Assembly (NCBI GenBank): GCA_034189385.1
Contig: JAXHVD010000022.1
Location: 8,005 to 72,004, forward strand
Length of the DNA stretch: 64,000 nucleotides
Source: Thermodesulfobacteriota bacterium
GTDB lineage: Bacteria; Desulfobacterota; Desulfobacteria; Desulfobacterales; C00003060
Direction of reading: 5' to 3'
Both the position numbers and the translations under genes were made by a program. Under the pieces are notes generated by a model. That model worked only from the letters and a program-made list of their open reading frames with translations. It was not told the DNA's origin and did no database searches. Positions 29,556-39,624 of the stretch are shown here, piece by piece (the stretch's first letter is position 1; each line of letters opens with the position of its first letter).

Positions 29556-30611
29556 ATGACTGAACTTTCCATAAGCAAGATTGCGGAGTTGGTAAAAGGT
29601 GAAGTGATCGGAGATGCCGCCCTTGTCGTTGGAGGCGTTGCCCCATTTGATGACGCCGGCCGAAACGATCTCACCTTTGCCACGTCTGCAAGCTTCAAGC
29701 AGCGGATTGACGAAACCGGCGCCGGGGCAGTGATTGTCCCCCTTGATGTCCTCCAGTCCCGGAAGGTTCTTGTCCGTGTGGAGAATCCCTATCTGGCTTT
29801 CGCCAAGGTTTCGGCCCTGTTCCATGCCACCTCCCGGTCGGTGGTTGGGATCAGTCCACGGGCCACGGTAGGGAGGAATTTCAGGTGCGGCAAGGATATC
29901 TCCGCCTATCCGGGTGTTTTTATTGGAGACAATGTGACCGTAGGTGACCGTGTCACCTTGGAGCCGGGCGTGATGGTTGGGCACGGCGTAAGGCTGGGAG
30001 ATGATGTTGTTGTCCGTCCCAACGTCTCCATTTTGGATCGTTGCCAAATCGGCAACAGGGTTCTAATTCATGCCGGTTCCGTCATCGGCAGCGACGGCTT
30101 TGGTTTCGCCTCAGATGGGGACAAATACTACAAAATCCCGCAGGTTGGTATTGTGCGCATTGACGATGATGTGGAAATAGGCGCATGCAATACGATTGAT
30201 CGAGCTACCTTTGGCCAAACGTGGATCAAACGGGGGGTCAAGACAGACAATTTGGTCCACATTGCCCACAATGTAGTGGTGGGCGAAGATACTGTTCTGG
30301 TGGCGCAGGTAGGGATATCAGGCAGTGTAACCATTGGAAACCATTCTATCCTTGCGGGCCAGGCGGGGGTGGCACAACATGTTACTATTGGCAGTCGCGT
30401 AACCGTTGGGGGTCAGTCCGGGATTGGTAAGTCTATACCAGACGGTCAGATCGTTTCTGGAACCCCGGGTATGCCACATCGCCTTTGGCTGAGGGCCTCC
30501 AATATCATCCCCAAGCTGCCTGACATGAGAAGGAAAATGACAGAGTTGGAGAGGCGAATCCAGAAGCTGGAGAAGCTGGAAGAAGCCCTAAAAGACGAAG
30601 ATGAGTCATAG
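29556..30611 (+). CDS. lpxD: UDP-3-O-acylglucosamine N-acyltransferase
   Basis: NPYLAFA, hexapeptide repeats, GSDGFGF and DNLVHIAHN motifs. Confidence 0.98.
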   Translation: MTELSISKIAELVKGEVIGDAALVVGGVAPFDDAGRNDLTFATSASFKQRIDETGAGAVIVPLDVLQSRKVLVRVENPYLAFAKVSALFHATSRSVVGISPRATVGRNFRCGKDISAYPGVFIGDNVTVGDRVTLEPGVMVGHGVRLGDDVVVRPNVSILDRCQIGNRVLIHAGSVIGSDGFGFASDGDKYYKIPQVGIVRIDDDVEIGACNTIDRATFGQTWIKRGVKTDNLVHIAHNVVVGEDTVLVAQVGISGSVTIGNHSILAGQAGVAQHVTIGSRVTVGGQSGIGKSIPDGQIVSGTPGMPHRLWLRASNIIPKLPDMRRKMTELERRIQKLEKLEEALKDEDES

Positions 30612-30640
30612 ACACCTTGCCTGCCCGAAAGGAATGATTC

Positions 30641-31087
30641 ATGGAGATGGTATACGACATTCAAAAAATCATGGAGTTCTTGCCTCATCGATATCCCTTT
30701 ATTCTGGTGGATCGCATTTTGGAGGTGGTGCCGGATCAGCGTATCTTGGGCTTGAAGAATGTGACGATGAATGAGCCGTTTTTTCAGGGCCACTTCCCGG
30801 GAAGACCGGTCATGCCAGGCGTGTTGATTGTTGAGGCCATGGCGCAGACTGGAGGGGTTCTGGTCTTTGCCTCACTTCCCGAAGACCAAAGGACCGGTCC
30901 GATCTACTTCATGGGTATTGACAAGGCCCGCTTCAGAAAACCTGTGACACCAGGAGACCAGCTCATTTTCGACATAGTTTGGACTAAGAGACGGGGAAAT
31001 GTCTCAAAGATGTCCGGCAAGGCTACGGTGGACGGAAAGGTCGTTGCAGAGGCTGAAGTAACGGCCATGATCGGAGACAGGGCATGA
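30641..31087 (+). CDS. fabZ: 3-hydroxyacyl-ACP dehydratase
   Basis: [13 protein letters not shown] and [11 protein letters not shown] motifs. Confidence 0.98.
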   Translation: MEMVYDIQKIMEFLPHRYPFILVDRILEVVPDQRILGLKNVTMNEPFFQGHFPGRPVMPGVLIVEAMAQTGGVLVFASLPEDQRTGPIYFMGIDKARFRKPVTPGDQLIFDIVWTKRRGNVSKMSGKATVDGKVVAEAEVTAMIGDRA

Positions 31088-31857
31088 TACATCCCACTGC
31101 TGTGGTGGATTCGAATGCGGAGATAGAAAGGGATGTAGAGGTCGGGCCCTATGTTGTCATAGGCCCTGACGTGAGAATACATGCCGGCACTGTTATCGGT
31201 CCCCATGCCACTATTGATCCGTACACCACAGTCGGTCCGAAGTGCACCATATTCCAACACGCGGCCATAGGTGGGGTTCCTCAGGCCCTGAAGTACAAGG
31301 GAGAAAAGACGTTCGTAAAGATCGGCGGAGGGACCACCATTAGAGAATTTGTGACTATTCATCGGGGCACGGAGTTCGGGGGGGGGATGACGGAGGTTGG
31401 AGAAGAGAATTATCTCATGGCCTATTCCCATATTGCTCACGATTGCTTCACCGGTCGAGGGGTCATTTTTGCCAATGGGGCAAGCCTGGGTGGGCACATT
31501 CGGGTGGGGGATTATGCCACCATGGGGGCCTTTGCGGCAGTTCACCAGTTTGCGCGGATCGGAGACTATGCCTTTGTGGGAGCCGTCAGTGGGGTCACAA
31601 AGGACATTCCACCCTATGTGCTTGCCTCAGGGACCCCCCGGGCCAAACTTCACGGCCTGAACTCTGTTGGGCTCAGGCGGCATCACTTCGCAGCCCCGAC
31701 TATTCAAGCCCTCAAAGGGGCCTATCGCATCGTCTTTCGCCTCGGATTGACCTTAAATGAAGCGATAGAGAGGGTGAGGGCGGAGGTAGAGCAGATCCCT
31801 GAGGTGATCCATTTTATAGAGTTTGTCAAGTCATCGGAGCGAGGAATTACCAGATAG
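31084..31857 (+). CDS. lpxA: UDP-GlcNAc acyltransferase
   Basis: IHPTAVV, IREFVTIHRGT, HIAHDC and HQF motifs. Confidence 0.98.
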   Translation: MIHPTAVVDSNAEIERDVEVGPYVVIGPDVRIHAGTVIGPHATIDPYTTVGPKCTIFQHAAIGGVPQALKYKGEKTFVKIGGGTTIREFVTIHRGTEFGGGMTEVGEENYLMAYSHIAHDCFTGRGVIFANGASLGGHIRVGDYATMGAFAAVHQFARIGDYAFVGAVSGVTKDIPPYVLASGTPRAKLHGLNSVGLRRHHFAAPTIQALKGAYRIVFRLGLTLNEAIERVRAEVEQIPEVIHFIEFVKSSERGITR

Positions 31858-31903
31858 TGCTTGGTCGCGTGTTACTTATGGGGAAACCGGTGGGCAGCAG
31901 TAC

Positions 31904-32722
31904 ATGACTACCATGGAACGGATTGGACTCATCTCGGGGAGCGGGCAGTTCCCCGTTGTCTTTTCAAGGGCTGCAAGGAAAAAGGGACTGAAGGTCTATG
32001 CCATAGCCCATGAAGGAGAAACAGAGCCCCGTTTGGAGACCTTTGTGGAGGCCATGAAGTGGATCAAGATCGGCCAACTGAATCAACTCATTTCATTCTT
32101 CAGGGGCCATGGCGTGAAGGATGCCGTGATGGCAGGGGCCATCACCAAAACCAAGATGTTCTCTGATGTGAGGCCCGATTTAAAAGCCCTGAAGGTTCTT
32201 GCCACGATGGACCACACACAAGATGATGGCCTCTTGCGGGCCTTTGCCAGGGAGCTGGAACGGGCGGGAATTACCATCCACGCCTCAACTTTCTTGCTTC
32301 CAGAGCTCTTGGCGCAGAAAGGACGTTGGACGCGGCGTAAACCCTCCAAGTCTGAGATGTCTGATGTGCGTTTTGGATGGGGTATCGTCAAAGAGATCGG
32401 AAGACTAGACATCGGTCAAACGGTCGTTGTCAGGGATGGGTCGGTGATGGCCGTCGAGGCCATTGACGGCACCAATGCTACCATAAAGCGAGGGGGAACG
32501 CTTGGAAGGGAAAAGACCGTTGTGGTGAAGGCAAGCAAGCCCAACCAGGATTTGCGCTTTGACATGCCTGCCGTGGGAGTGGAGACTATCCTGACGATGG
32601 GTGATGCTAGGGCCTCGGTCTTGGCTGTTGAGGCCGGTAAGACACTGGTTTTTGACAGGGATGATATGGTAGAGCGTGCCAATGAGCAAGGTATTGCCAT
32701 CATAGGTATAGATTGGGAGTGA
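31904..32722 (+). CDS. lpxI: UDP-2,3-diacylglucosamine diphosphatase LpxI
   Basis: LDIGQTVV, AVEAIDGT and KPNQDLRFDMPAVG motifs; lies between lpxA and lpxB. Confidence 0.95.
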   Translation: MTTMERIGLISGSGQFPVVFSRAARKKGLKVYAIAHEGETEPRLETFVEAMKWIKIGQLNQLISFFRGHGVKDAVMAGAITKTKMFSDVRPDLKALKVLATMDHTQDDGLLRAFARELERAGITIHASTFLLPELLAQKGRWTRRKPSKSEMSDVRFGWGIVKEIGRLDIGQTVVVRDGSVMAVEAIDGTNATIKRGGTLGREKTVVVKASKPNQDLRFDMPAVGVETILTMGDARASVLAVEAGKTLVFDRDDMVERANEQGIAIIGIDWE

Positions 32723-32991
32723 GCGTTCACCGAGGTGCCCGGTGTCTCCAAAGTCAGTTCAAGTGGTCCTCCATCCAATTGTATAGCTCTTCGACGACCT
32801 TTGTTGCAGTCCGACCTTAAAACAAGCTGCAAGAGAATAATCCTTTGACAGCACCGGTACAGGTTGAGGGTTGAAGGGTTCCACCAAGGGGATCACCTGC
32901 ATGCATTCTGAAACTTTGCAGAGAAGCGGGAATGATTGCCTTTCGAAGTCGGTGCGTGTCATCTAATGGCAGGCCTATTCATGGGAAGGTC

Positions 32992-34128
32992 ATGGACGAG
33001 AAGAGAAAAATCATGATTGTGGCCGGCGAAGCGTCCGGTGACATGCACGGTGCACGCCTCGTTAAGGCTATGCAGGCGCACGATCCCGGCCTCGGCTTTT
33101 TGGGCGTAGGGGGAAAGGCCCTTCGACAAGCTGGCGTTCGCATAAGGGTTGACAACTCTGAAATAGCGGTCGTAGGGCTTTCGGAGGCCCTGTCCAAGCT
33201 TGGAGTCCTTTTCAGTGCCCTCAGGACCGTGAAGGAGGATCTAAGAAGCATTCGTCCTCACCTTGTCATTGTCATCGATTTTCCAGACTTTAACCTACGG
33301 GTTTCCAAGATGGCCAAGAGGCTTGGTATCCCAGTCATGTACTACATTAGCCCTCAGATATGGGCATGGCGCACCGGCAGGGTAAAGAAGATCAAAAAGG
33401 TAGTAGACCATATGGTGGTGATCTTTCCCTTTGAAACGGCGTTTTACGAGAAATGGCATGTGCCGGTGACCTTTGTTGGGCATCCTTTGCTGGACAATGT
33501 CAGTTCCGGGACATCTGAGGGGGCCAGGGAGGATCTTAGGGGGAAAGGCCCCCTCATCGGATTGCTCCCTGGCAGCCGAAATGAGGAGATTCGCCACCTC
33601 CTTCCTACCATGGTTCAAGCGGCAGACATATTGTCGAAACATTTGTCGGATGTCCGGTTTGCTATCCCCGTGGCCTCTTCCGTGGACAAAGGCTTGGTGG
33701 AGGCTATTACGAAGCAAGGGACGTCGCGTTTTCTGATCGTGTCAGATCGGCTTCATGACATATTGGCGGAGGCTGCACTGGCCGTAACGGCATCTGGGAC
33801 GGTGACTTTAGAGGCGGCTATTGCAGGCACTCCCATGATTATTGTGTATAAACTATCGGGTTTCAGCTACCGGGTTGGGAGGTGCCTGATTCGCGTAGAG
33901 CACATTGGCCTGGTGAACTTGGTGGCAGGTAGACGGGTTGTTCCGGAGTTGATTCAACACGAGGCTTCGGCAGAGAATATTTCCCACCACGTATTGGAGA
34001 TGCTGGAAGATGAACATGCCCTTTTGACCATGCGGCGGCAGTTAGGTGATGTGGTGAAGCGTTTGGGCCATCCAGGGGCCTCAGAGCGTGCTGCAGAGGT
34101 GGCCATGGGGTTGCTCGCCAGAAACTGA
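32992..34128 (+). CDS. lpxB: Lipid-A-disaccharide synthase
   Basis: AGEASGD, IDFPDFN, SPQIWAWR, LLPGSR and SGTVTLE motifs. Confidence 0.98.
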   Translation: MDEKRKIMIVAGEASGDMHGARLVKAMQAHDPGLGFLGVGGKALRQAGVRIRVDNSEIAVVGLSEALSKLGVLFSALRTVKEDLRSIRPHLVIVIDFPDFNLRVSKMAKRLGIPVMYYISPQIWAWRTGRVKKIKKVVDHMVVIFPFETAFYEKWHVPVTFVGHPLLDNVSSGTSEGAREDLRGKGPLIGLLPGSRNEEIRHLLPTMVQAADILSKHLSDVRFAIPVASSVDKGLVEAITKQGTSRFLIVSDRLHDILAEAALAVTASGTVTLEAAIAGTPMIIVYKLSGFSYRVGRCLIRVEHIGLVNLVAGRRVVPELIQHEASAENISHHVLEMLEDEHALLTMRRQLGDVVKRLGHPGASERAAEVAMGLLARN

Positions 34129-34130
34129 TT

Positions 34131-34334
34131 GGTGACGTTCAGAAGTTGTGACATCGTGTATTCATGGACAAACAACTTGCGGATAGGGCGAATCGCTTCT
34201 CTTCGGCATCCAATGCCTCTAAGTAGCCTATATCATAGGCGTAGATAGAAATGGCTGTATGCCTACGTTCAGCGATCCTCCCTATCCTTTTAATAGCCTA
34301 TTAAGAGGGTTTGCCTCAACTTTTGAACGTTACC
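34131..34334 (+). mobile_element. MITE family A, copy 3 (204 bp)
   Basis: TIR GGTGACGTTCAGAAGTTG / CAACTTTTGAACGTTACC; perfect 8-bp TSD AACTGATT (34123-34130, 34335-34342). Confidence 0.92.
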
Positions 34335-34352
34335 AACTGATTCGGTTATCGT

Positions 34353-35030
34353 ATGGATAGAGAAAGATCACAAAGGTCCGGGTTGAAGTGGTGGCTCGTG
34401 GGCTGGCTTGGCAAGGGTTTGGTCGACCTGATTTGTGGCACTATCAGGATTTCCGTTGTGGGCCTTGAGAAGGCCAGGGCAGAGATCGAGTCGCGGCGGT
34501 TTATCCTGACCTTTTGGCACTCGAGGATCGCCGTCATCAGCTACTTGTACCAGAGGTGGGGGGCGGCCATACTGGTGAGCAACTCTAAGGACGGAGAGAT
34601 CATGGCGCAGATACTCCAACGCCAGGGCCACGAGCCCATCCGTGGGTCAACGTCAAGACACGCCGTCCGGGCCCTGGCGAGATTAATCAGAGCACTAAAG
34701 CAGGAGAATCGTCCTGGAGTTATTGTCCCAGACGGCCCCCGGGGACCACGATTCAAAGTCCAGCCCGGCGTCATTACCTTGGCTCAGAAGACAGGGTATT
34801 CTATTGTGCCTGTGACTTACAGCGCAAAGAGGGTGAAAGTTTTTCAAAGCTGGGACAGATTCATCTTCCCTTACCCTTTTACCGAGGGTCGTGTTATTTT
34901 CGGCAGACCCATGTCCACGCCTTCCACACTGGCCGCGGAGGAGCAAGATGTCTATCGGGTCAGGCTAGAAGAGGAACTCAATCGGATCACCAGGGCTGCA
35001 GACTGCTACTACGGACATCAAATAGACTAA
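34353..35030 (+). CDS. DUF374 acyltransferase (LpxJ-like lipid A late acyltransferase)
   Basis: FWH, SKDGEI, RGST, PDGPRGP and SWDRF..PYPF motifs. Confidence 0.9.
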   Translation: MDRERSQRSGLKWWLVGWLGKGLVDLICGTIRISVVGLEKARAEIESRRFILTFWHSRIAVISYLYQRWGAAILVSNSKDGEIMAQILQRQGHEPIRGSTSRHAVRALARLIRALKQENRPGVIVPDGPRGPRFKVQPGVITLAQKTGYSIVPVTYSAKRVKVFQSWDRFIFPYPFTEGRVIFGRPMSTPSTLAAEEQDVYRVRLEEELNRITRAADCYYGHQID

Positions 35031-35097
35031 ACCCGTTGCATAAACAACATGGCAAAAGGTCCTAAAAAGCAACGTTAGGGTAAAATGACATCGAGCT

Positions 35098-36876
35098 ATG
35101 GCTGTAAAGAGAAGAAATCGTAAAGACCTGCTGGAGGTATGCCGCCGGGTTCTGGGCCTCGTGAGATCGCAGTGGCGTCGTCTGGTATTGGCCATGTTGT
35201 GCATGCTGATGATAGCGTTGCTGACTCCTGCAAAAGCCTATCTCGTGAAGCCAGTCGTTGACGATATCTTTGTCAACAAAAACATGAGAATGCTGAAGCT
35301 CATTCCCTTTGCCATCATCATGATCTACGTATTGGAAGCGCTGTTTCTTTTTGGTCAGGCCTATCTCATGAACTACGTGGGCCATGGCCTTATCAAACGA
35401 CTGCGGGACCGGCTGTACAGCCACATTCAAATGTTGCCTTTGTCTTTTTTTCATCAACGCGAAACCGGCGTCCTCATGGCAAGGATAACAAATGACGTGA
35501 GCATTATTAAGGGCATGGTTTCCAATGCTGCTGCAGGGATGGTGAAGGACGCTTTTAGCATCATAGGCCTTCTGTGCCTCATCTTCTACCTAGAGTGGAA
35601 GCTGGCCATCATTGCAGTCACTGTCTTGCCTCTGGCCGCAGTCCTTATTGTCCATTTTGGCAGAAGAATGCGCAAACTGAGCACTCGGCGCCAGGAAGCC
35701 ATGGCGGACATGAGTTCCCTGGTCCATGAGACCTTTACCGGTACCAGAATTGTAAAGGCTTTTGGAATGGAACCTTATGAGAACAAGCGTTTTTTTGACA
35801 AGACGCATCGGCTCTTTAAGTATGAGATCAGGGCCGCAATCGTAAGATCCATGTCCTCGCCTGTGATGGGATTATTGGGTGGCACCGGTGTGGCCCTTAT
35901 TGTCTGGTATGGAGGGGGAAGGGTGATTGACGGGGTATCGACGCCGGGCACGTTCTTTTCTTTTATGACTGCCCTCTTGATGTTCTACCAGCCGATCAAG
36001 GCCATCAGTAAACTGAACAATACCATTCAAGAAGGGCTGGCAGCAGCAATTCGCGTCTATGACATCCTGGATACCAATTCGGATATCGAAGAGCGCCCTG
36101 ATGCTGCAGAACTGGAGCCGGGCCATCATAAGATTGTTTTTCGCCACGTCTCTTTTAAGTATGACGATCAGATGGTCTTAAGAAACATCAATCTTCACGT
36201 TAAGAGTGGAGAGGTTCTTGCTCTGGTGGGCATGAGCGGGGGGGGGAAGAGCACCTTGGTGAATTTGATCCCTCGCTTTTATGACGTATGGGAGGGGGAT
36301 ATCCTTATTGACGGGTGTGACATCCGGGATGTCACCATCAAATCGCTGCGAAATCAGATAGGGATGGTGACCCAAGATCCCATACTTTTTAATGACACCA
36401 TTCGAAACAATGTTGCCTACGGCAATCTCAATGCCTCCGAAGAGGAGATCATTGGAGCCGCCAAAGCTGCCTATGCCTATGATTTTATACAGGGCTTCCC
36501 CGACAAGTTTGAAACCGTGGCGGGCGAGAAAGGCGTGCGACTTTCTGGCGGGGAAAAGCAGCGCATTTGCATTGCCCGTGCCCTTTTGAAAAACGCACCT
36601 ATCCTGATCCTTGACGAAGCCACCTCTTCACTGGATACGGAGTCGGAAGTGGCTGTCCAGCAGGCCCTTGAGAACTTGATGAAGGGTCGCACGACCTTTG
36701 TCATTGCCCATCGACTTTCTACTGTTCGCAATGCTGATCGGATCATCGTGATTGTAAGGGGCCGGATTGTGGAGGAGGGCACACATGAAGAACTCATGGC
36801 CCTTGATGGAGAGTATTGTAAACTTCACGAAATGCAATTTGAAAACAAGAATCATCGCATCGCTTCTCCCTTATGA
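35098..36876 (+). CDS. msbA: Lipid A export ABC transporter
   Basis: TMD+NBD fusion, NLIPRFYD, LSGGEKQR; LPS context. Confidence 0.92.
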   Translation: MAVKRRNRKDLLEVCRRVLGLVRSQWRRLVLAMLCMLMIALLTPAKAYLVKPVVDDIFVNKNMRMLKLIPFAIIMIYVLEALFLFGQAYLMNYVGHGLIKRLRDRLYSHIQMLPLSFFHQRETGVLMARITNDVSIIKGMVSNAAAGMVKDAFSIIGLLCLIFYLEWKLAIIAVTVLPLAAVLIVHFGRRMRKLSTRRQEAMADMSSLVHETFTGTRIVKAFGMEPYENKRFFDKTHRLFKYEIRAAIVRSMSSPVMGLLGGTGVALIVWYGGGRVIDGVSTPGTFFSFMTALLMFYQPIKAISKLNNTIQEGLAAAIRVYDILDTNSDIEERPDAAELEPGHHKIVFRHVSFKYDDQMVLRNINLHVKSGEVLALVGMSGGGKSTLVNLIPRFYDVWEGDILIDGCDIRDVTIKSLRNQIGMVTQDPILFNDTIRNNVAYGNLNASEEEIIGAAKAAYAYDFIQGFPDKFETVAGEKGVRLSGGEKQRICIARALLKNAPILILDEATSSLDTESEVAVQQALENLMKGRTTFVIAHRLSTVRNADRIIVIVRGRIVEEGTHEELMALDGEYCKLHEMQFENKNHRIASPL

Positions 36877-36975
36877 GATAGACGGCCAACAGAAGGGTCA
36901 GGCTTTTAGGGACAGAAGCCGTTGGCCTTTGTCATGGGCCGCAAGTTTATCCCATGAGTCTGGATCAACGGCAAG

Positions 36976-38208
36976 ATGACGTTCATGAGAATTAACAGCA
37001 TCATCAACAGGTATGTCTTCAGGGAGATGATGCCCCCCTTTCTCATTAGCCTGGTTTTGTTCACCTTCCTTTTTTTCATGGCCAAGATACTGGACGTCAC
37101 CGACCTTGTCGTGAACCACGGGGTGAGCCTCTCCTTCGTCTTCTTACTGCTCATCTGCTCCATTCCTTCTTTTCTGGTCTTTGTCTTTCCCATGTCCACC
37201 ATGATGGGTGTGCTCCTTGGTTTCTTGAGGATGTCCAATGACAATGAGATTATTGCCATGAAAGGGGGCGGGTTGAGTCTCTATAGGCTTCTTCCTCCTG
37301 TGTTTGTTTTTTGCTCAGTGGGCTTCGTCGCAACAGCTTTCATGTGTATCTATGGATCTCCATGGGGAAGACTCTCCTTTAAGGCTGTACTCCTGAAGGC
37401 CGCTACATCGAATATTAGTATTGGCTTAAAAGAGCGCACATTTAACGACAGTTTTGAAGATGTGATGTTGTACGTAAGCAAGATTGACGGACGAGAGAAT
37501 ACCTTGACAGACGTCTTCATCGAGGACCGGCAAGCGTCTGGAATTGTGAGTACGGTTGTCGCGCCAAAGGGAAGGTTCCTTTCTGATTCCGAAAACAACA
37601 ACTTGCGGCTAACCCTGTTCAACGGGATTATCAACAATGTGAAGCAAAAGGACAAGACTGTTCATTCCGTCAGCTTCGATACCTATGACTTTGATCTGAA
37701 ACTGGCCCAGGTGCTCTCCGCGAAAAAGCATAAACGAAAAAATAGAAAGGAGATGAGCCTGGTCGAATTGCGCCAGAGTCTGAGTGAGACCGATAAGAAC
37801 AGTCCGAGGCACAAGGCGATCCTCATGGAATACCACAAGAGGTTTTCCATCCCAGTTGCATGTTTTGTGCTGGGGATCATAGCAGTTCCACTGGGCATTC
37901 AATCAAGGCTTACAAAACGATCCTTTGGAATGGTCCTTGGCCTGTTTTTCTTTCTGATTTACTATATCCTTCTGTCTGCCGGCTGGGTTGCGGGAGAGTC
38001 CGGGATCTTACCTCCTGTTGTTGGCATTTGGAGCCCCAACGTAGTGATCGGCGCTGTTGGTCTATATCTTCTAGTGTCCAGTGCAAAGGAACGTCCTGTA
38101 GTGACGAGACTGACCGGCTTCGTTGGGACACAATGGGAGAAGATCAGCAGGGGAAAAGGTTTACCCTTTGCCGTTTTCCGTTCAGCGAAGGACAAAAAGC
38201 GCAGGTGA
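36976..38208 (+). CDS. lptF: LPS export permease LptF
   Basis: IINRY, RMSNDNEIIAMK.GG and IWSPN motifs; first of the pair. Confidence 0.9.
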   Translation: MTFMRINSIINRYVFREMMPPFLISLVLFTFLFFMAKILDVTDLVVNHGVSLSFVFLLLICSIPSFLVFVFPMSTMMGVLLGFLRMSNDNEIIAMKGGGLSLYRLLPPVFVFCSVGFVATAFMCIYGSPWGRLSFKAVLLKAATSNISIGLKERTFNDSFEDVMLYVSKIDGRENTLTDVFIEDRQASGIVSTVVAPKGRFLSDSENNNLRLTLFNGIINNVKQKDKTVHSVSFDTYDFDLKLAQVLSAKKHKRKNRKEMSLVELRQSLSETDKNSPRHKAILMEYHKRFSIPVACFVLGIIAVPLGIQSRLTKRSFGMVLGLFFFLIYYILLSAGWVAGESGILPPVVGIWSPNVVIGAVGLYLLVSSAKERPVVTRLTGFVGTQWEKISRGKGLPFAVFRSAKDKKRR

Positions 38209-38332
38209 TGATGCATCTTCAACGGAGACTCTGCGAAAGAGATGGCGGCGACAATAGGGTCAAACTGAGGGGAAGTGGAGGACCGACGGCGGTCGGCGGC
38301 CAGGGACTAGTAAGTAACGGTGAACGGTTACC

Positions 38333-39409
38333 ATGACGATCATTCATAGATACCTGACCAGGGAATTGCTCAAATACTTCTCAATTGTTCTAGCCTCTGT
38401 TGTGGGTATCTATCTGACTGTCGATTTCTTTGGGAAAATCGACGACTTTTTGGAGGCCAAGCTTCCGCTTTCACTGGCCCTTCAATTCTTTTCACTGAAG
38501 GTGCCCCTTATAGTGGGGCAGGTAATCCCCGTTGGGGTTCTATTAGCTGTTCTCATAGTCTTCGGCCTCATGGCTAAGAGTAATGAGATATTGGCTTTGA
38601 AAAGCGGCGGGGTCAGTGTCCGAACTCTCCTCAAGCCTGTGTGCGCTATGGGTCTCATAGCGAGTGTCGTGCTCTTTTTTCTAAGTGAAGTGTTGGTCCC
38701 CGTGACCACGGCAAAGTCAAACGAAATATGGCGCACTGAAGTAAAGGGCGAATCTGCAGTCTCGTCTAGGAAGAAAGATATTTGGATTAGTGGTGACCAC
38801 TCCATTCATCATGTGGCCTATTTCAACTTTTCCGATAAGACGATTTTCGGTGTCACATCGAACTATTTTGACAAGGATTTTCGCCTGGTAAAACGACTTG
38901 ACGCCCAGAAGGGTGTTTATGTGGAAGAAGGATGGCGTCTATTCGATGTCCTTGAACAGTCCTTGTTGAGTGGAAATGGTGGCTACGACGTCACCTGTAA
39001 GGATGACACCTTTGTACAACTTGAGTTTGGTCCCGAAGATCTCAGGAGGGTGGCTAAGAAGCCTGAAGAAATGAGTTACGGCGAGCTGTCCCGATACATA
39101 GGTGAGGTTGAAGGCCGAGGGTATGACGCCACGAACCACAAGGTGGATCTTAACTCCAAAATAGCGTATCCCTTGGTGTGTTTGATCATGAGCATTTTAG
39201 GTGGGGGCTTGGCACTTTGGCGGGAAAGAAAGGAGGGCTTTGCCGGCAATATTTTCTATGGCATTGTTATGGCCTTCTTCTATTGGACCCTTCACAGTTT
39301 CTGCTTGTCCTTGGGATATGGGGAGTTCTTGCCGCCTATGGTGGCTGCGTGGATCGCGAACGGTCTGTTCGCCTGTTTTGGGATGTTTTTGTTGTTCCAG
39401 GCCGATTGA
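38333..39409 (+). CDS. lptG: LPS export permease LptG
   Basis: IIHRY, NEILALKSGGVS and PPMVAAWIAN motifs. Confidence 0.9.
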   Translation: MTIIHRYLTRELLKYFSIVLASVVGIYLTVDFFGKIDDFLEAKLPLSLALQFFSLKVPLIVGQVIPVGVLLAVLIVFGLMAKSNEILALKSGGVSVRTLLKPVCAMGLIASVVLFFLSEVLVPVTTAKSNEIWRTEVKGESAVSSRKKDIWISGDHSIHHVAYFNFSDKTIFGVTSNYFDKDFRLVKRLDAQKGVYVEEGWRLFDVLEQSLLSGNGGYDVTCKDDTFVQLEFGPEDLRRVAKKPEEMSYGELSRYIGEVEGRGYDATNHKVDLNSKIAYPLVCLIMSILGGGLALWRERKEGFAGNIFYGIVMAFFYWTLHSFCLSLGYGEFLPPMVAAWIANGLFACFGMFLLFQAD

Positions 39410-39624
39410 ACCAGGTTGAAAAGGGATACTCTTTTTGTGGAACATTGGGCTGAAGGGCTTTTGTGCGCTGGCGCAAGTCCAGGTGCAAGGCGCACAGGGA
39501 AAAAGCGTTGCCAAGTGGCTCATGGTCCACACAGGACTCATCGGCCCCGCCCCAAGGGGATTTGCCTCACTATGCAACAAATGGATTCGGTAGGTTGTCC
39601 GATTTCAAGACACAGTACAATATC

